A stretch of DNA of 64,000 bases. It comes from Bigelowiella natans CCMP2755 (Eukaryota > Protista > Cercozoa). The notes below the pieces were generated by a model. The model did no database searches, was not told the DNA's origin, and was given only the letters and a program-made list of their open reading frames with translations. A program made the translations under genes and the position numbers. This document shows, piece by piece, positions 12,801 through 25,074 of this stretch (its first letter is position 1; every line of letters starts with the position of its first letter). Where the stretch lies: NCBI GenBank assembly GCA_000320545.1, contig ADNK01000533.1, positions 12,296 to 76,295 on the forward strand. The letters are read 5' to 3'.

Positions 12801-15800
12801 TTCATGGAGCGACTTCAAAATCCTATCAAGCCGCAAGATATCGTGGCTGTGGAGCCCATCTTCCGTTCGCTTACGACGCCCAACGATCGGTTCCAGAGGG
12901 TCTACGGCTGCCATGTAGGCGTGTATGAGGCAAAGTTATTAGTACGAGAAGCCCGCAAGTTCAACCCCCTCGAGCCCCTCCTCCACCGCATGATTAATCG
13001 CCAGCAGCGACTCCTCGCTCACTTTGAGGGTGTGCATGACAGGACGGTGAAGCTGACAGGAGAACGCTCTCTGGAGGCTGCCATGTCGCATATCCGCGTC
13101 TCGCGTTGTTACGCCACGCTGGCCTACTCTCTCAGAAAGCTCAAGCGGAAGAAGAACATGCAGAAGGGAGAGGGGGGAGCGGAGGAGGAGGACATCGATC
13201 CCTCCTTGTGGAGAGACCTGGCGACCCGGGCTGTGCAAAGAGTACAGATGGGCTTCAAAGCTTGCTCCAGTGTCCACGATAGTGACGACGGAGACGAGAA
13301 GGAGAGGGAGAAGGAGGAAGAAGTAGTTGAGGAAGATGAGGGCGGAAAGCAAGGAGGAGGACGCCGCGTCTCATACCCCTTGCCGGTGCTAGTGAATGCA
13401 GAGGTGGTGCTAGGCCTTGTTTCCCTGACTCGAGGGGAGATTAACGTGGCCGTGGCCATGCTGCGCAACGCATACGAGAACCTGCTGGTGGCGTTCGAAG
13501 ACCTTCCCGATGATACAGATAGTCGCCGCAAGGAAAAGGAGCAGCAGATCGGTGGGCTGTGCCCCGCGATGATTCGCGTGGCGAGCCTGCTGGCGGAGGC
13601 ACTGTTGATCCAGCAGTCGGACGTGAGGAATCCCCTGCTGCCCGGGAAAGAGAAAGAGTTCATCGCGGAGCGCTTCTCCCGCTCGTTCCGCATGTTCCAG
13701 ATACCAGTCAAGTCGCTTCTCTCGCCGGCGCTCGTACTGGGTTTCGAGGAGGCGGTCCTCACCTCGGGTATTCCCGCGGCGTTCGGCTTTGAGGCCGAGC
13801 GGGGCGGTAGCTCCCTCGACCGATATTCATCAAACAACCCGCAAGCCACTGCCTTCATCCGATCCATATACAAGGTCAGGCTAGAGAAGACCAGGCTTAT
13901 GGCTACCAGGGGCGATCTAGGGCCGACGAAGTACCAGAGCTCCTCCTGGCTCAAATATACTAAAGGAGTTACCAAAAACTCACAGCAACAGGAGGCAGAA
14001 GAAGAAGAAGGGGAGGATTCGGCAAAGATCGCCGCGTGGCTAAGGAAGCTCGACATGGCCCATTTTGTCAGCAGCGCTCGCGGCTATGCGACGCAGGGTT
14101 TGCTTGACAGCGTGCATGTCGATTGGAAAGAAGACGGGGAGGAGAAGGAGGGTGAAAGCAAGCTCCCTCCATCCTCCCCCTCCTTCTCGAAAGACTCTCT
14201 GCCCAGCTTTGACATTGCTTCGCCCAGAGAGCTTTGGTTCTGGGGGGCAGAATCTGCGGCCCAGCGATGCTACCTCGTTGAGACCTGGGGCGAGGAGGCC
14301 CTATCGGAGCGAAGGCCTGCCACGGGCATCATCTCAGTGTCTAATGGAGACTTCGGGACGCTGGCGGCGACGGAGGACGGTGGCGTGTACATGTCCGGCG
14401 CCATGGCCACCCAGCCCGTTTACGTGGAAGAAGTCAAAGACCACAGCGACTATAAGCAGATGATATACATGAACAGTAGGATCCACACTCTCATCAGGCT
14501 CTCCCCTATGAAGATGCACCGAGTTATGGAGGTCAGCGTCAGCAAGCGCCACGCCGCCATGCGAACGCTCAAGGGCATGGTTTTCACGTTCGGCGAAGGA
14601 CGGCATGGGCAGCTAGGCCATGGAAACCTTATGTCAGAAGCATCGCCTCGCTGGGTAGAAGGTCTCCGCTCCTTTCCTGCGGCACAGATAAGCTGCGGTG
14701 TGGACTTCACGCTAGTCAGGACGGCCAAGGGCGAGGTGTTCGGGTTCGGCGAGCAAGAGAACAGCCTTGCGCTGGGCACAGGGACGGGCAAGAAGATCGA
14801 GTTCTACCCTACGCGCGCTTTGTATCCGCAGCCAATCCGAGACGTGTCGGCGAGCAAGGGCTATCACGTCGCTGTTGGACGGGATGGCACTCTCTACTGG
14901 TGCGGTGACATTACTTGCTTCGCCAACTCCTTTACGGGCAAGAGAGCAATTCCCGTCAGCGTGATGGTGCCCACACGCTTCGTACACTGCAGCGCGTACG
15001 AGGGTCATTGCGCTGCCGTTGACGTGGACGGGCGGCTATTTACATGGGGGAGAATCGATGCTGCCGCAGCCCGGTGCTCAATCTCGCAGTATAACTCCAG
15101 TGAGCTGTGGGCGCCACCTGACAACGTGTCCGCGTATCGAGGGCATTGGAAGAAGGCCAAGATATCACAGATATCCACCGGCCTGAGGACGACCATGGCA
15201 ATCGCCAAGTCCGATGGCATGCTGTTCGGTTGTGGCGGGAAGCTTCCCCTGTACCGCAGATTCGTCAAAGTGACAGAAGGCAGGTGGCCGGTGAGGGCGG
15301 CTCCGCGCCCAGAGAGTCCTATCATCGACTTCATCGTCGCCTACAGCGGCGGCCGCGACACCCCCATCTGCGTGTTCGAGGAACGATTCACCAAGCACGT
15401 AGAGCTCGAGCGCGGGGGGCAAACTCGAACTACCTCCTGGGTGCGATGGATGAGGCATTCTATGGGGTGGTCGCCAGATCCGCACAAATGCTACCGTGTG
15501 AAACAAACGCATGAAAGCACCGGCCCCCAGGTCCAGATAAAAGAGGTAAGTCAGTATGGTTCGCACAGGCTCGTTCCATTGCTTCCGCCCTCGTTCTGCC
15601 ATCAAGTTGTGTCTACTAGATGCGATAGCATGCTGGCCATCCTCTCGCCTCCCAGCAAGCCACAGCAGCAGCAGCAGCAGGAGCAAGAGGACTTCCTCTA
15701 CGCAGCAGATGAGATCCTAGACCTCAAGGGTGCCCCCCCTGGTGTGAAGATCACTCTGATCGGCGACGAGGTTGAGCGCCCACCCGACAAGGACGCGAAG

Positions 15801-16895
15801 CTGTTCCACCCATACATCATGCGGCGCGAGACGCGTCGCTTCAAGAAGGGCACCACGCTCAAGATCAGGATCGAAGCGCCGCACTACCTGGAGAAGGACA
15901 GAGATACCATCCTCATCGCCTATTGGGAGGACAGGTCTAGATCGTCGCCGTGGTCGCTCTACCGCGCCGTGCCTCTACCGTTAGCAGGCAAGGGTAAGCT
16001 GGTGAAGGAGTGCGAGGTCGAGGTTACGCTCCCCAACAAGCCGCAGCCAATGGTTCTCTTCCACAGCAACTGCTGCCACCGAGCAGTAGACCTGATGAAG
16101 AAGGTGCTGGCCTGGGACAGCGAGTACATCGGGTTCGGCCTCGCGCATCTGCGCTACTTCGCGGTGTGCGACGACTATGCGGCGAAGCGGAAGCTGGAGC
16201 AGGCGGTGGAGAAACGGCGGTTGGAGAAGGAAGCGGCTAAGGAGAAAAGGCAACAGGAAATGCAGAGGAGGAAAGAAGATCGTAAGAGAGCGCGCGAGGA
16301 ACGGAAGAGAATCACCTCGGTAATCCATGCGCGGATCAAGGCCGGAGAGAAACCGCCACCGGGAGGGTGGGCGTCGCTAATGAAGACGCCGCAAACTGCT
16401 CAGAAAGCTGTTGTTTCGGAGAAAAGTAAAAGCGATGCTAGCAGTACTGTTGATGACACCCAGAGTAAGCAAGGCACGGCGGAGTCTGAAACAGCACTAA
16501 GTCCAGCAGCCGCCGTCGATGCCGTGTACATGAAGGGCGTCGCGGAGCTCTCAGCAAAGGGATTGGAAATCGAAACAGAAATGGATGAAATTATCATGGC
16601 CCTTGCCGATCCCGGACTCGACGCGCCGCGGCTTGCGGAGCTCAAGACGCGTTCGAGAGAGATCCAAACGACTTCCTTCCAAAAGATGGGAGCAATCTTC
16701 CAGAACACAATGAAGTCCGCTGCCGACATCTACAAGAAGCATCTTCATGGGGTGGACAAGGATACACGCAAAACCGTGATAGCGGCGTACAGCTCAGGTG
16801 CAAAAGAAGCAGGTGCAGAGTACCGAGACATCGTACAAAAAATCCAGCCCAAACTGCAACAGATGGCGATGGCTGCGGCAACAAAGCAGATATGA
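3788..16895 (+). CDS. Large multi-exon protein: coiled coil, SPRY, SPRY-like, Clu domain, helical region, RCC1 repeats
   Basis: SPRY1: GRFYYAVE..FGW..GVGDYDDSW..GDIVGCGID..GTIEFFHNG (5085-6547). SPRY2: GQYYYEI..IGSLIDME (8011-9050). Clu: DWNSRFQ, GGEKY, VDYLGHRL, LVYGS, DIEVHRGQDGRLYLLDTARVFPP, LRPELV, LHSMGINCRFLG. RCC1: FTFGEGRHGQLGHG..QISCG (about 14330-15240). The junctions checked join in frame; the start codon is uncertain. Confidence 0.75.
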
Positions 16896-17107
16896 GAAGA
16901 ATATGCTGCACAATACCTAGAATCATTTTAATACGGCGACTGGGCGACTGGGTAGTATACCGTGAGATGCTGCTAGCATCGATATAACATCTCACAGACA
17001 CGACCTATATGATGCGTGGCTTTGCAACTGAGCTCGAGCTTGCGGTCATTTATAGTATCAGGCGAATCTGACGCAGTATAGCAGAACGCACCCTATTTCA
17101 TGCTAAA

Positions 17108-17165
17108 TATGAGACAGATGTAATGAATGTTTAAATTCTTTCAATTGTCATCCTAATATAGCTAT
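17108..17165 (-). mobile_element. About 60-bp 3'-end copy of the non-LTR element
   Basis: The reverse complement tagctatattaggatgacaattgaaagaatttaaacattcattacatctgtctcata aligns with 1595-1652. Confidence 0.75.
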
Positions 17166-18060
17166 CTAAATACGCATATGTAATATTTAACAAGGATGCT
17201 GTGACTGTTGATATATAATGTTAACAGCATGACTGTATTTTCTCTAATACACGACGCTTTATTTTATACTACAGGAGTATGTGCAACACGTACAATTACT
17301 ATTGCATTGCAGCAGATACATGCATGTGCACACAGATATAATAACTCATACGCAATGGGCGAATTTACATTCCTCTGCTAATAATCAATATGCGTCATCC
17401 CAAAAAAATCAGCGAAGCAAAGCGAGCACAGGACGTTGGTCTAGTACAGAGACATAGTAATAAAGTAGTACTTTGTCTCTATGTGTGTGCACCCTGCTTA
17501 ACAACATCTCAACTTTCATGTGTTTTGTTCAACATGTACGTGTGCCAATTGCTCCATGTGAAGCATGCTGCACACATGTACCAATGTGGTCACTTGTTCT
17601 TTGCATGCATGAGCATCATGTGCACACATTTTGCTGCATGCTTGCGCCATATCGAAGAACACTAGGCCATGTTGCACATGTGTACGTGCTAGCGATGATA
17701 TTATTGCATGCGAATTGCTGGCTAAGCTAGCTAAGCTAGCTACGCTGCAAATATAGCAGGCATGCGTACGTGCGTAGTTGGTGCATGCTAGCGTGTTTGA
17801 GATGTGAATGTACATGTGGCCCTGGAGAGGATGCACATACACAGAGAGACACAGCAACATATGGATAACTTTGTCAGGCATATCTAGATACAGTACTTTG
17901 TCTCTATATATGTGCTAGAAGTATTTGCGTACAACAGAGCAGGTAATGCATATACACAACTTAAGCATGCCGCTCTACTAGCGCTGAGCGTGCTGGTTTA
18001 TGCATTACAGATTGCAGCAGAGCAAGAGATCGTCAAGCATGTGCGCGAAACAGATGCGAG

Positions 18061-18201
18061 AGGATGATTTCACATGCATGAAACGCCTGACAATGGAAAC
18101 AAACAGACAGACACAACATAAGCGCTGTAGCAGCTGCATTGCACAGCTACAATAGGATGGCCATTGAAAAGATTTAATCAATTCATTACATTCATCTCAT
18201 A
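18061..18201 (+). mobile_element. Diverged 3'-end copy of the non-LTR element
   Basis: aagcgctgtagcagctgcattgcacagctac..aggatg..cattgaaa..atttaa..ttcattaca..tctcata aligns with about 1516-1652. Confidence 0.75.
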
Positions 18202-18797
18202 CGCATCTTACAAACAAAGGATATGGAATATAGTGCCAAGACTTGGTGTAAGCGATATTCAATACAAAATAATCTGCAAAAATATTTAGACAGTATCGAA
18301 CGCGCGTACGATGAAAATTCTGCCGTACAGCGGGTGCAAGCACGAGCAAATGTACTCTGTGCTTCCTGTGCTTATTTTATACACAATAGCTATTCGTTAT
18401 CATTTTTACAACACGTGGGAACTATGTGTCTGTGTGCGCCCACGACCTTATAATATATATGTATCTTGACTGATTGCTGTAGCCCACCATAACAATGTCA
18501 AGACGTTTTTCCTCGACTTCTGCTACCGCCACTCCCCAAGAGCATTCGAGAAAGAATACAGTAGTCAATTATAGAAAGGTGCTTGGCCGGCCTGGGGAAG
18601 GCTGTACTGAAATTCCCGAGATATTTCCCAAAAAATTTGAAGATTATATAGGATAGTGTCGCATGCTTCGATATGCGTGCACCACCGGAAGAGAGAAATG
18701 TGTGGAAGTACGAATCGGAGCTGCATTTCGAATGCTTTCGTCGCTAGCATTGAGGCAAAGTTGCGCGTTATTGTATCATATCCATCGCTCTGCCACG

Positions 18798-19694
18798 CTA
18801 TGACGGTCGTTGCATCAAGCACGCATTCTTGCAATCGATGAGCAGATCCAAATCTGCAATCGCATCGTGTCCTATGATGGCATCGTCTTCGCACTCCGGG
18901 TCATCCCCCTCGTATGCCTCGTCGGGGACAGCGCACAGCAGCACCTCAGCTTCCTTTCCCATGCACGAGATGAGCGCCCTGTACGATTTCGTCTTCAATG
19001 TTCCTGCCGCAGTCTCATACTAACACGGAGAGAGGCAAAGACACATAGATTAGAGCAATTCGATGGATGGAGTAATAATGTAAAAACCATTAATCGTCTT
19101 CACCTCCTCCTCCTCATCAAAGACAGGAAGGTCTAATTTCCTCACGAGTGCCGCACGCAAGTCACAGTCTGTGCCTCCAGTGTCCACAAGTCCCCTCACC
19201 ATTACCCTTTTTGATGAATTCGTGGGATTTATGAACTCGACATCCGCGTAGGTGTGAGTCTCTTCATAATCCTCCTCATCATAATCTTCCTCTTCGTCGC
19301 CATCTACCTCCTCCTCTTCATATTCGGGTTCATCCTGCTCTCCAGCAGGGGTCTTCTCGGTGTCCTCGTCTTGCTTCTCTCCTCCTTCTCTCTCTCCCGG
19401 TGCAGAACCAGCTGGCACCTCCCCCCCTCGCAATCGTCGGATCGAGCTTCCGCCTAACCCTGGAAATCGCCGTGCACCCGCCGATGATCTACTAAGAAAG
19501 AGTGCTGCAATAGCTGGCCTAGTCCTCGAAGGATTATGCATGAACCTCCTCACAGGATAGCGCATGTTGGCGGCGAGTTTAGTAGTAGCAGCGCCACCAC
19601 ACCGCATCGTCGTCGAGCTTATAGGTACAGTAGCCAACGAGACCACGGCGGCGACGAGCCCCATGCGCGCCATTGAGCTGACAGTTGCAGACAT
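18798..19694 (-). CDS. Single-domain clan AA (retropepsin-like) aspartic protease with bipartite-type N-terminal extension, 2 exons
   Basis: GLVDTGG active site, YETAAG flap formed across one GT-AG intron (about 19021-19103), AIIGHDAIADLDLLID. Hydrophobic N-terminus, Arg-rich linker ending RRLRGG, then an acidic tract. Confidence 0.75.
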
Positions 19695-20713
19695 CGTGGT
19701 TGTGCTAATGCTGTTGAAAATAATAGGAGAACAGGAGGCATGGAACAGCGGTAGGGAACGATGAGTGCTGATGAAAATTAGGTTGAGTGCCATCCATTCA
19801 CCATTCTCACATCCAATATCACACCTATCGCCACCATAGCTGTCATCTTCGTAATTATTCCCTGCCCCATCCTCGTCCCCACCCATCCCACCCTCTCCCC
19901 CCCCTGATCGCCACTGTCAAGATCCTCACGCCGAACCAACCGTTGTGTGTTCTGTCCTTCTGCTTCTTCTCACGGCTGTGTGTGAGAGCTTGCCGTTCCG
20001 AAGATGATCCGATTAAGACCCTATTTCACCCGGCGAATATCCAAAAATATCTTGGCCTTCCCTATTCTATCATCTTACGCGCAATTTCCATGTCGCGCGT
20101 ATTCGATTCAGACAAATTCGCACAGTCTTTTCCTTGATTCCAAGCGACTTTTTAAAAAAATTTCCGATGTGGCCAGCTGTTCCTGCTTCCGCTGCCAGTG
20201 GTTCGGGGATTTTGACTTCGGCTCAGAATTCTCCCTCCGCACCCCAAATGCGCTGCGTTTTTTTGCTTATGTGTCTAGGAAATATTGTCGCAATAAAAAA
20301 CCTCAGTAGCAGCGAGCTCAGAAAAAGGTTTGAGCATCACACTTAACCAGCCAAGCACAACGTCCCACCGCCCCCCTGGAACACCACAAGAGGTGAGCAA
20401 GCATGCCAATCGAATTACGTCTTTCCAACCAACATCCAGCCCAGAGGGTGATTTGTTTTTCTTCGGTGGAACGTCATTCGTTCGGTTTGATCTTGGCGTT
20501 TGGGGGTGATTAGATCTTTATGGATACTTCCGAGTCTCGGAGGATAGATAGATGACGACTCGGCGAGGGAGACAGCTCTCGCTTATCGTCGCGAAAGCGC
20601 TAACGCTTTCTGTATTTGAATTTGAATGACCGTAGCATTTTGACTCGTCGGTTACCTCGTGATATAACCCACTACCGTCGTGATCAACAATCAGGTCCAA
20701 GAATTATTGAAAG

Positions 20714-22016
20714 ATGGGCTTCGGAAACAAGAAGAATGTGCCTTTCCACTCAAAGGTAGCAGCGGGCGGCGTATCAGGTGTGATGGAGCTTTGTTTTTTC
20801 CATCCGGTTGATACTGTGGCGAAGCGCCTGATGACTAACCGGGGAGGGGCCTCGCTTAGCACAGTGGCCTTCGGTGCAGGGCTGGCAGACGCGCCCGTTG
20901 TTACCAAATGGATGTCTCTTTACCCTGGGTTCCAGTTTGCGACCGCATACAAAATCATGCAGAGGACATATAAATTCAGTATGCAGCCAGTCGCGTTCGA
21001 ATTCCTGCAGAAAAGGCTCGACCAGCCGAAGGTATCCTCTTTTGTATGCCGGTTGGCAGCTTCGCCGGTGCTGCGGAACAGGCACCTTAGCACAGCCTGA
21101 TAGTCAAAAAAATCCAGAATGCGCGTAGTAGTTCACAGCCTGATAGTCAAAAAAATCCAGAATGCGCGTTGTAGTTCACATCCTATTGTATTATTTTTGG
21201 TTGGTGGAAAGGTCCTCACTCAAGCACTTGCCGGTGCATGTGTCGGGGCTGGGGAGGTAGTTCTCCTCCCATTTGACGTGCTGAAGATCCGTTCCCAAAC
21301 GAACCCCGAATCTGTAAAAGGTACCAAACGTGTAAAATCCCCTCCCCTCCCCGCCCCCCTTAAACGCGGATCAGTTCTATGAAAAATAAGAGTTGAGATG
21401 CCGCTGTGGTGGTGGTGATGGTGGTGGTAGTTCTCAGCAGCAGCGCGCTGAGATGATCCACTTTCGTGCGATAAGTGATGCGCCTATGTGAGGTTAACAA
21501 TTCGCTTGTCGCGGGGATGTACTGACGATGGCTTCTCTCTACCTTCCTCCTGTCACACACGCGCCACCGCGCTCATTAGGAAGGGGAATGCTCCAGATAC
21601 TGGTGAACGAGAACTTGACTCTCTACAGAGGCTGGAACTGGACTATCGCGCGGAACGTTCCTGGATCGTTCGCCTTGTTCGGGGGAAACTCTCTCGCCAA
21701 GGCTATGCTGGGCTTAGACCCTTCCATGTCGGGACAAGCAACGGTGGCTCAGAACGCCTTCGCGTCCATCGCCGGCGCGACCTGCAGCATTACTGTCGCG
21801 GCGCCGATGGATGTAATCAAGACACGAATTCAGCAGAACTCGATGAAGGAGATATCAGGCGTGAAGCTTGTTACTGATCTTGTGCGCGAGGAGGGTTTCT
21901 CAGCATTCTTCAAGGGGTTAGGGCCTAAGATTTTAGTCGTTGGACCAAAGCTCGTGTTTTCAATGACCATTGCGCAGAGCGTTCTCTCCTGGTTCGCACG
22001 GAGACAGGAGGCGTAA
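20714..22016 (+). CDS. GGC1: Mitochondrial GTP/GDP carrier (SLC25 family, Ggc1/Yhm1 type), 3 exons
   Basis: FHPVDTVAKRLMTN, YKIMQRTYK, GEVVLLPFDVLKIRSQTNPES, LYRGWNWTIARNVPGSFALFGGN and APMDVIKTRIQ closely follow yeast Ggc1 motifs. Confidence 0.88.
21091..21169. repeat. 36-bp direct duplication inside GGC1 intron 1
   Basis: cacagcctgatagtcaaaaaaatccagaatgcgcgt occurs at 21091 and 21134. Confidence 0.9.
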
Positions 22017-23363
22017 TTCTTCGCCTCAGCTGTGTAGCCGTTCCAGCTGTGGTGGCTTTCATCTTCGTTAATTGCATCTTCTCTGTGATTTAATACTCAC
22101 AATAATGTAGATGTTTATTTCGCGCATACACGCTCTACACATGCGGCGTGCGAATAACTGTCTGTACTTAGGTTTGGCATAGGCAGTCATTCCAGTACGC
22201 ACATCTAAACATGCAGTAGCGTAGCTATTTTACACTTTTTGCAAGTTATGTCCCAACATATGATGGCCACACCATTCTGTACGACTTAGATAATTGTTTA
22301 GTAGCTTTTTGCTTTGCTATATGTGTGCTATACGCTACGATGGCCTACACATCAGCACTAATAAGCGCATGAAGTCATTTCAAACAAAGGCTAGTCACTC
22401 CGATACTGCTGTACGTGCGTTCATTAATTTACGGACGCTACTATTGCTGATCCACGTGACAGTGCATTTTTGATGTATGTGCGTTTCATTTGTTTTTCTA
22501 GAATGTGGTTCATGCATAGCTACGATTCATGTTTTGGACTGCTAGCTACAAGTGCACGTAGCGTGTACATCGATGCAATGTGCACAATGATTGGCTATGC
22601 ACGCTTTGACATGCTATATGAAGATTCACCAGCACTATAATGTGCAAGCTGCGGGTACGTAGCGCTTTCATTCTGCCCTTGTTAGCTTCCAATTATGTCA
22701 TTTATATATTTGTAAGCGCATTCCCTAATTTTGCTACGCAATCTGCCACACGCTCGAGTGTATACGTGTCTTTTTCTCTTGAGCAATTAATATTATGTAT
22801 GTGTGTTACATATACATATATATAAATATATATATACGCTATGCTACGACTAAGTTATATATATACGCTATGCTACGACTAAGTTGAGCAGCAACACCAT
22901 GAACAGCCCATCCCCATAATGTTATATGCATGATATACTCACTATTAGACTTTTTATCAGATGATATATGTCTTACATATCTACATAACAAAACAGGAAT
23001 CATGCATGCACCTAATGACATGTCTGAGCAAGCGATGCTACGACTTAAGCCCAGCATTAGGGTAAAATTATAATCATATAACGCTATCATTCTTTAATTT
23101 TGTCTATCTTCCTATCATTTCCCTCATTATTTCTTTTCCGAATCGCCTTCCTGGCGCGGGCGAGCCATTGCGCCCCTATTTGTTTGCAGGCCATCCAAAC
23201 CCAAAGTTTGAGTTTGGGCGCTTTCGCAAGGTTTTTCGATTTTGCCTACCAAATCATAGAGATATGTGTGTGTGCTTCACTCGCATGCGGAGATAGAAAT
23301 GCGTGTGTAAGACGGACACAAGCGGTGCAACTATGTATGTGCAATATCTAGAGCGCGCTTGCA

Positions 23364-25036
23364 CTACTTTCGCATCAGAGCCGAATTCTTGTTCCAGAAG
23401 CCTAGCCTCCTCTTCCGAAAAATTAGCGAGTACGGACCTGCAAACGGATCGATTGGATGTGAGGTGACGGGCCATAACAAGTGGCTAGTGGTGGATGAGT
23501 GATGAAGTTGAATTCCCAGCCCAAAAGCAACCATAGAAATAATGATACGTCCATTCACATTTTTGTGTATGTTATATTATTTTTTTGAAAGCAAAAAGAT
23601 AGGTTATCTGGGGTTTGGGGAAGGGAAATAGTGGATGGTATCCTACTTGGAGATAATCCGAAGGGTGGCCTCATAGTGACACACCCAAACAAGATCGTCC
23701 TGGATGGTAGTGGGAGAGAAGGGAGGGCAACCAAGGGCGAAATCAAACGATCAAACCATAAGCAGGGGAGAGGAAGTGGGATGGAACATCAATAAGTGTC
23801 ATCACATAAACGTAAATGTGGGTTAGTTGCAATTAGCTGCTGGCAAATTAGGAGGAGCGGTCGATAGTGCATACCTTTTCGTCGAGAGTGACCTCTAATG
23901 GTGAGATTATTCTGCATTCAGAGAGGAAACGGGGAGGGGGAAGGAATTGCTCATTAGCTCGAACATGACATGACAGTAACAATAATCTTCTAGCTGATAT
24001 GACATTCTTCCCCCATTCTTCCTCCCCCCCCTTCCACTCTCTGCTCCTTTTCCCTTCCAGTCCTTATCCGAAACATTCCTCCAATCGGAGCCATGATAAG
24101 ACCGACAACAGCAACAATGATTTCATAATAACAGAAGTGTCATAGTAAATATAGCATTCCCGGCAAACCTATCACCTCGAATTCTTTTTTGAAGAAGCGG
24201 CCTTATACTCTTTGTATTCACGGGCCCGCACTTGGAAAACACAGAGCGGCAGATTGGACTTGAGGTGCGCCATCACAATGAGAGCCTTAAACACATTGTC
24301 GTTCTTCCCGTCGCCGCCGCCCTTGTTTCTCAACGCGTCCGTGCTGACCCCTATGGGCTGCCCGACGCTTGAAAGGAGGTGTATCACATCCGTCGCCGGT
24401 AGGAACCCGGTGCCTTGCGGATCAAAGGCGCTCCAGATGTCCCGCCACTCGTGGAGGGACTCCAATGAGCTCTCGCTGTCCTGCGTCGCGGTACTGAAGC
24501 TTTCCAGAATCACGGCGATGAACAAGTTGACCTGTAGTGTGGAGAGAGGAATGGAAAGAGAATCGAAACAACCGTTGGCGGTCGAGGCATTTCCCATCGC
24601 TGCACGCGCGCTTTGCATATACGACTTTGTGTGAAGATATGTACTCATATTATGACCCTCCCGCTGAACGCCCATTTATTAGGATGGTGCCCGTGCTCTT
24701 ACCATAACGAGCGCGACGAAAATCATGAAGGAGATGGTGTAGACCGGCGACCACGGATAGCCACAGTTGCCTTCGGAGTCGGAACACTGGCCACTGGATT
24801 CATCGAGCGAGAGCCCCGTTTGAATCTCTTCCCAGGAATCGCCCGTCGCTAGCCGCCATAGCGTGAGGATGGAGCTGGGGAAGCTGGAGAAGTTCTCATA
24901 CTGAGACAGCCCTGCAGCAGCAGCAGCAGCAGTCATAGGAACGGAGCAAACCGACAGCAGAAGGAAGGAATGAAGGAAGGGAGAATGCTACGTCAGAGAT
25001 GATACATAGAGCTCTGCACTCCTCAGCCATGCAGAA

Positions 25037-25074
<38 letters not shown>

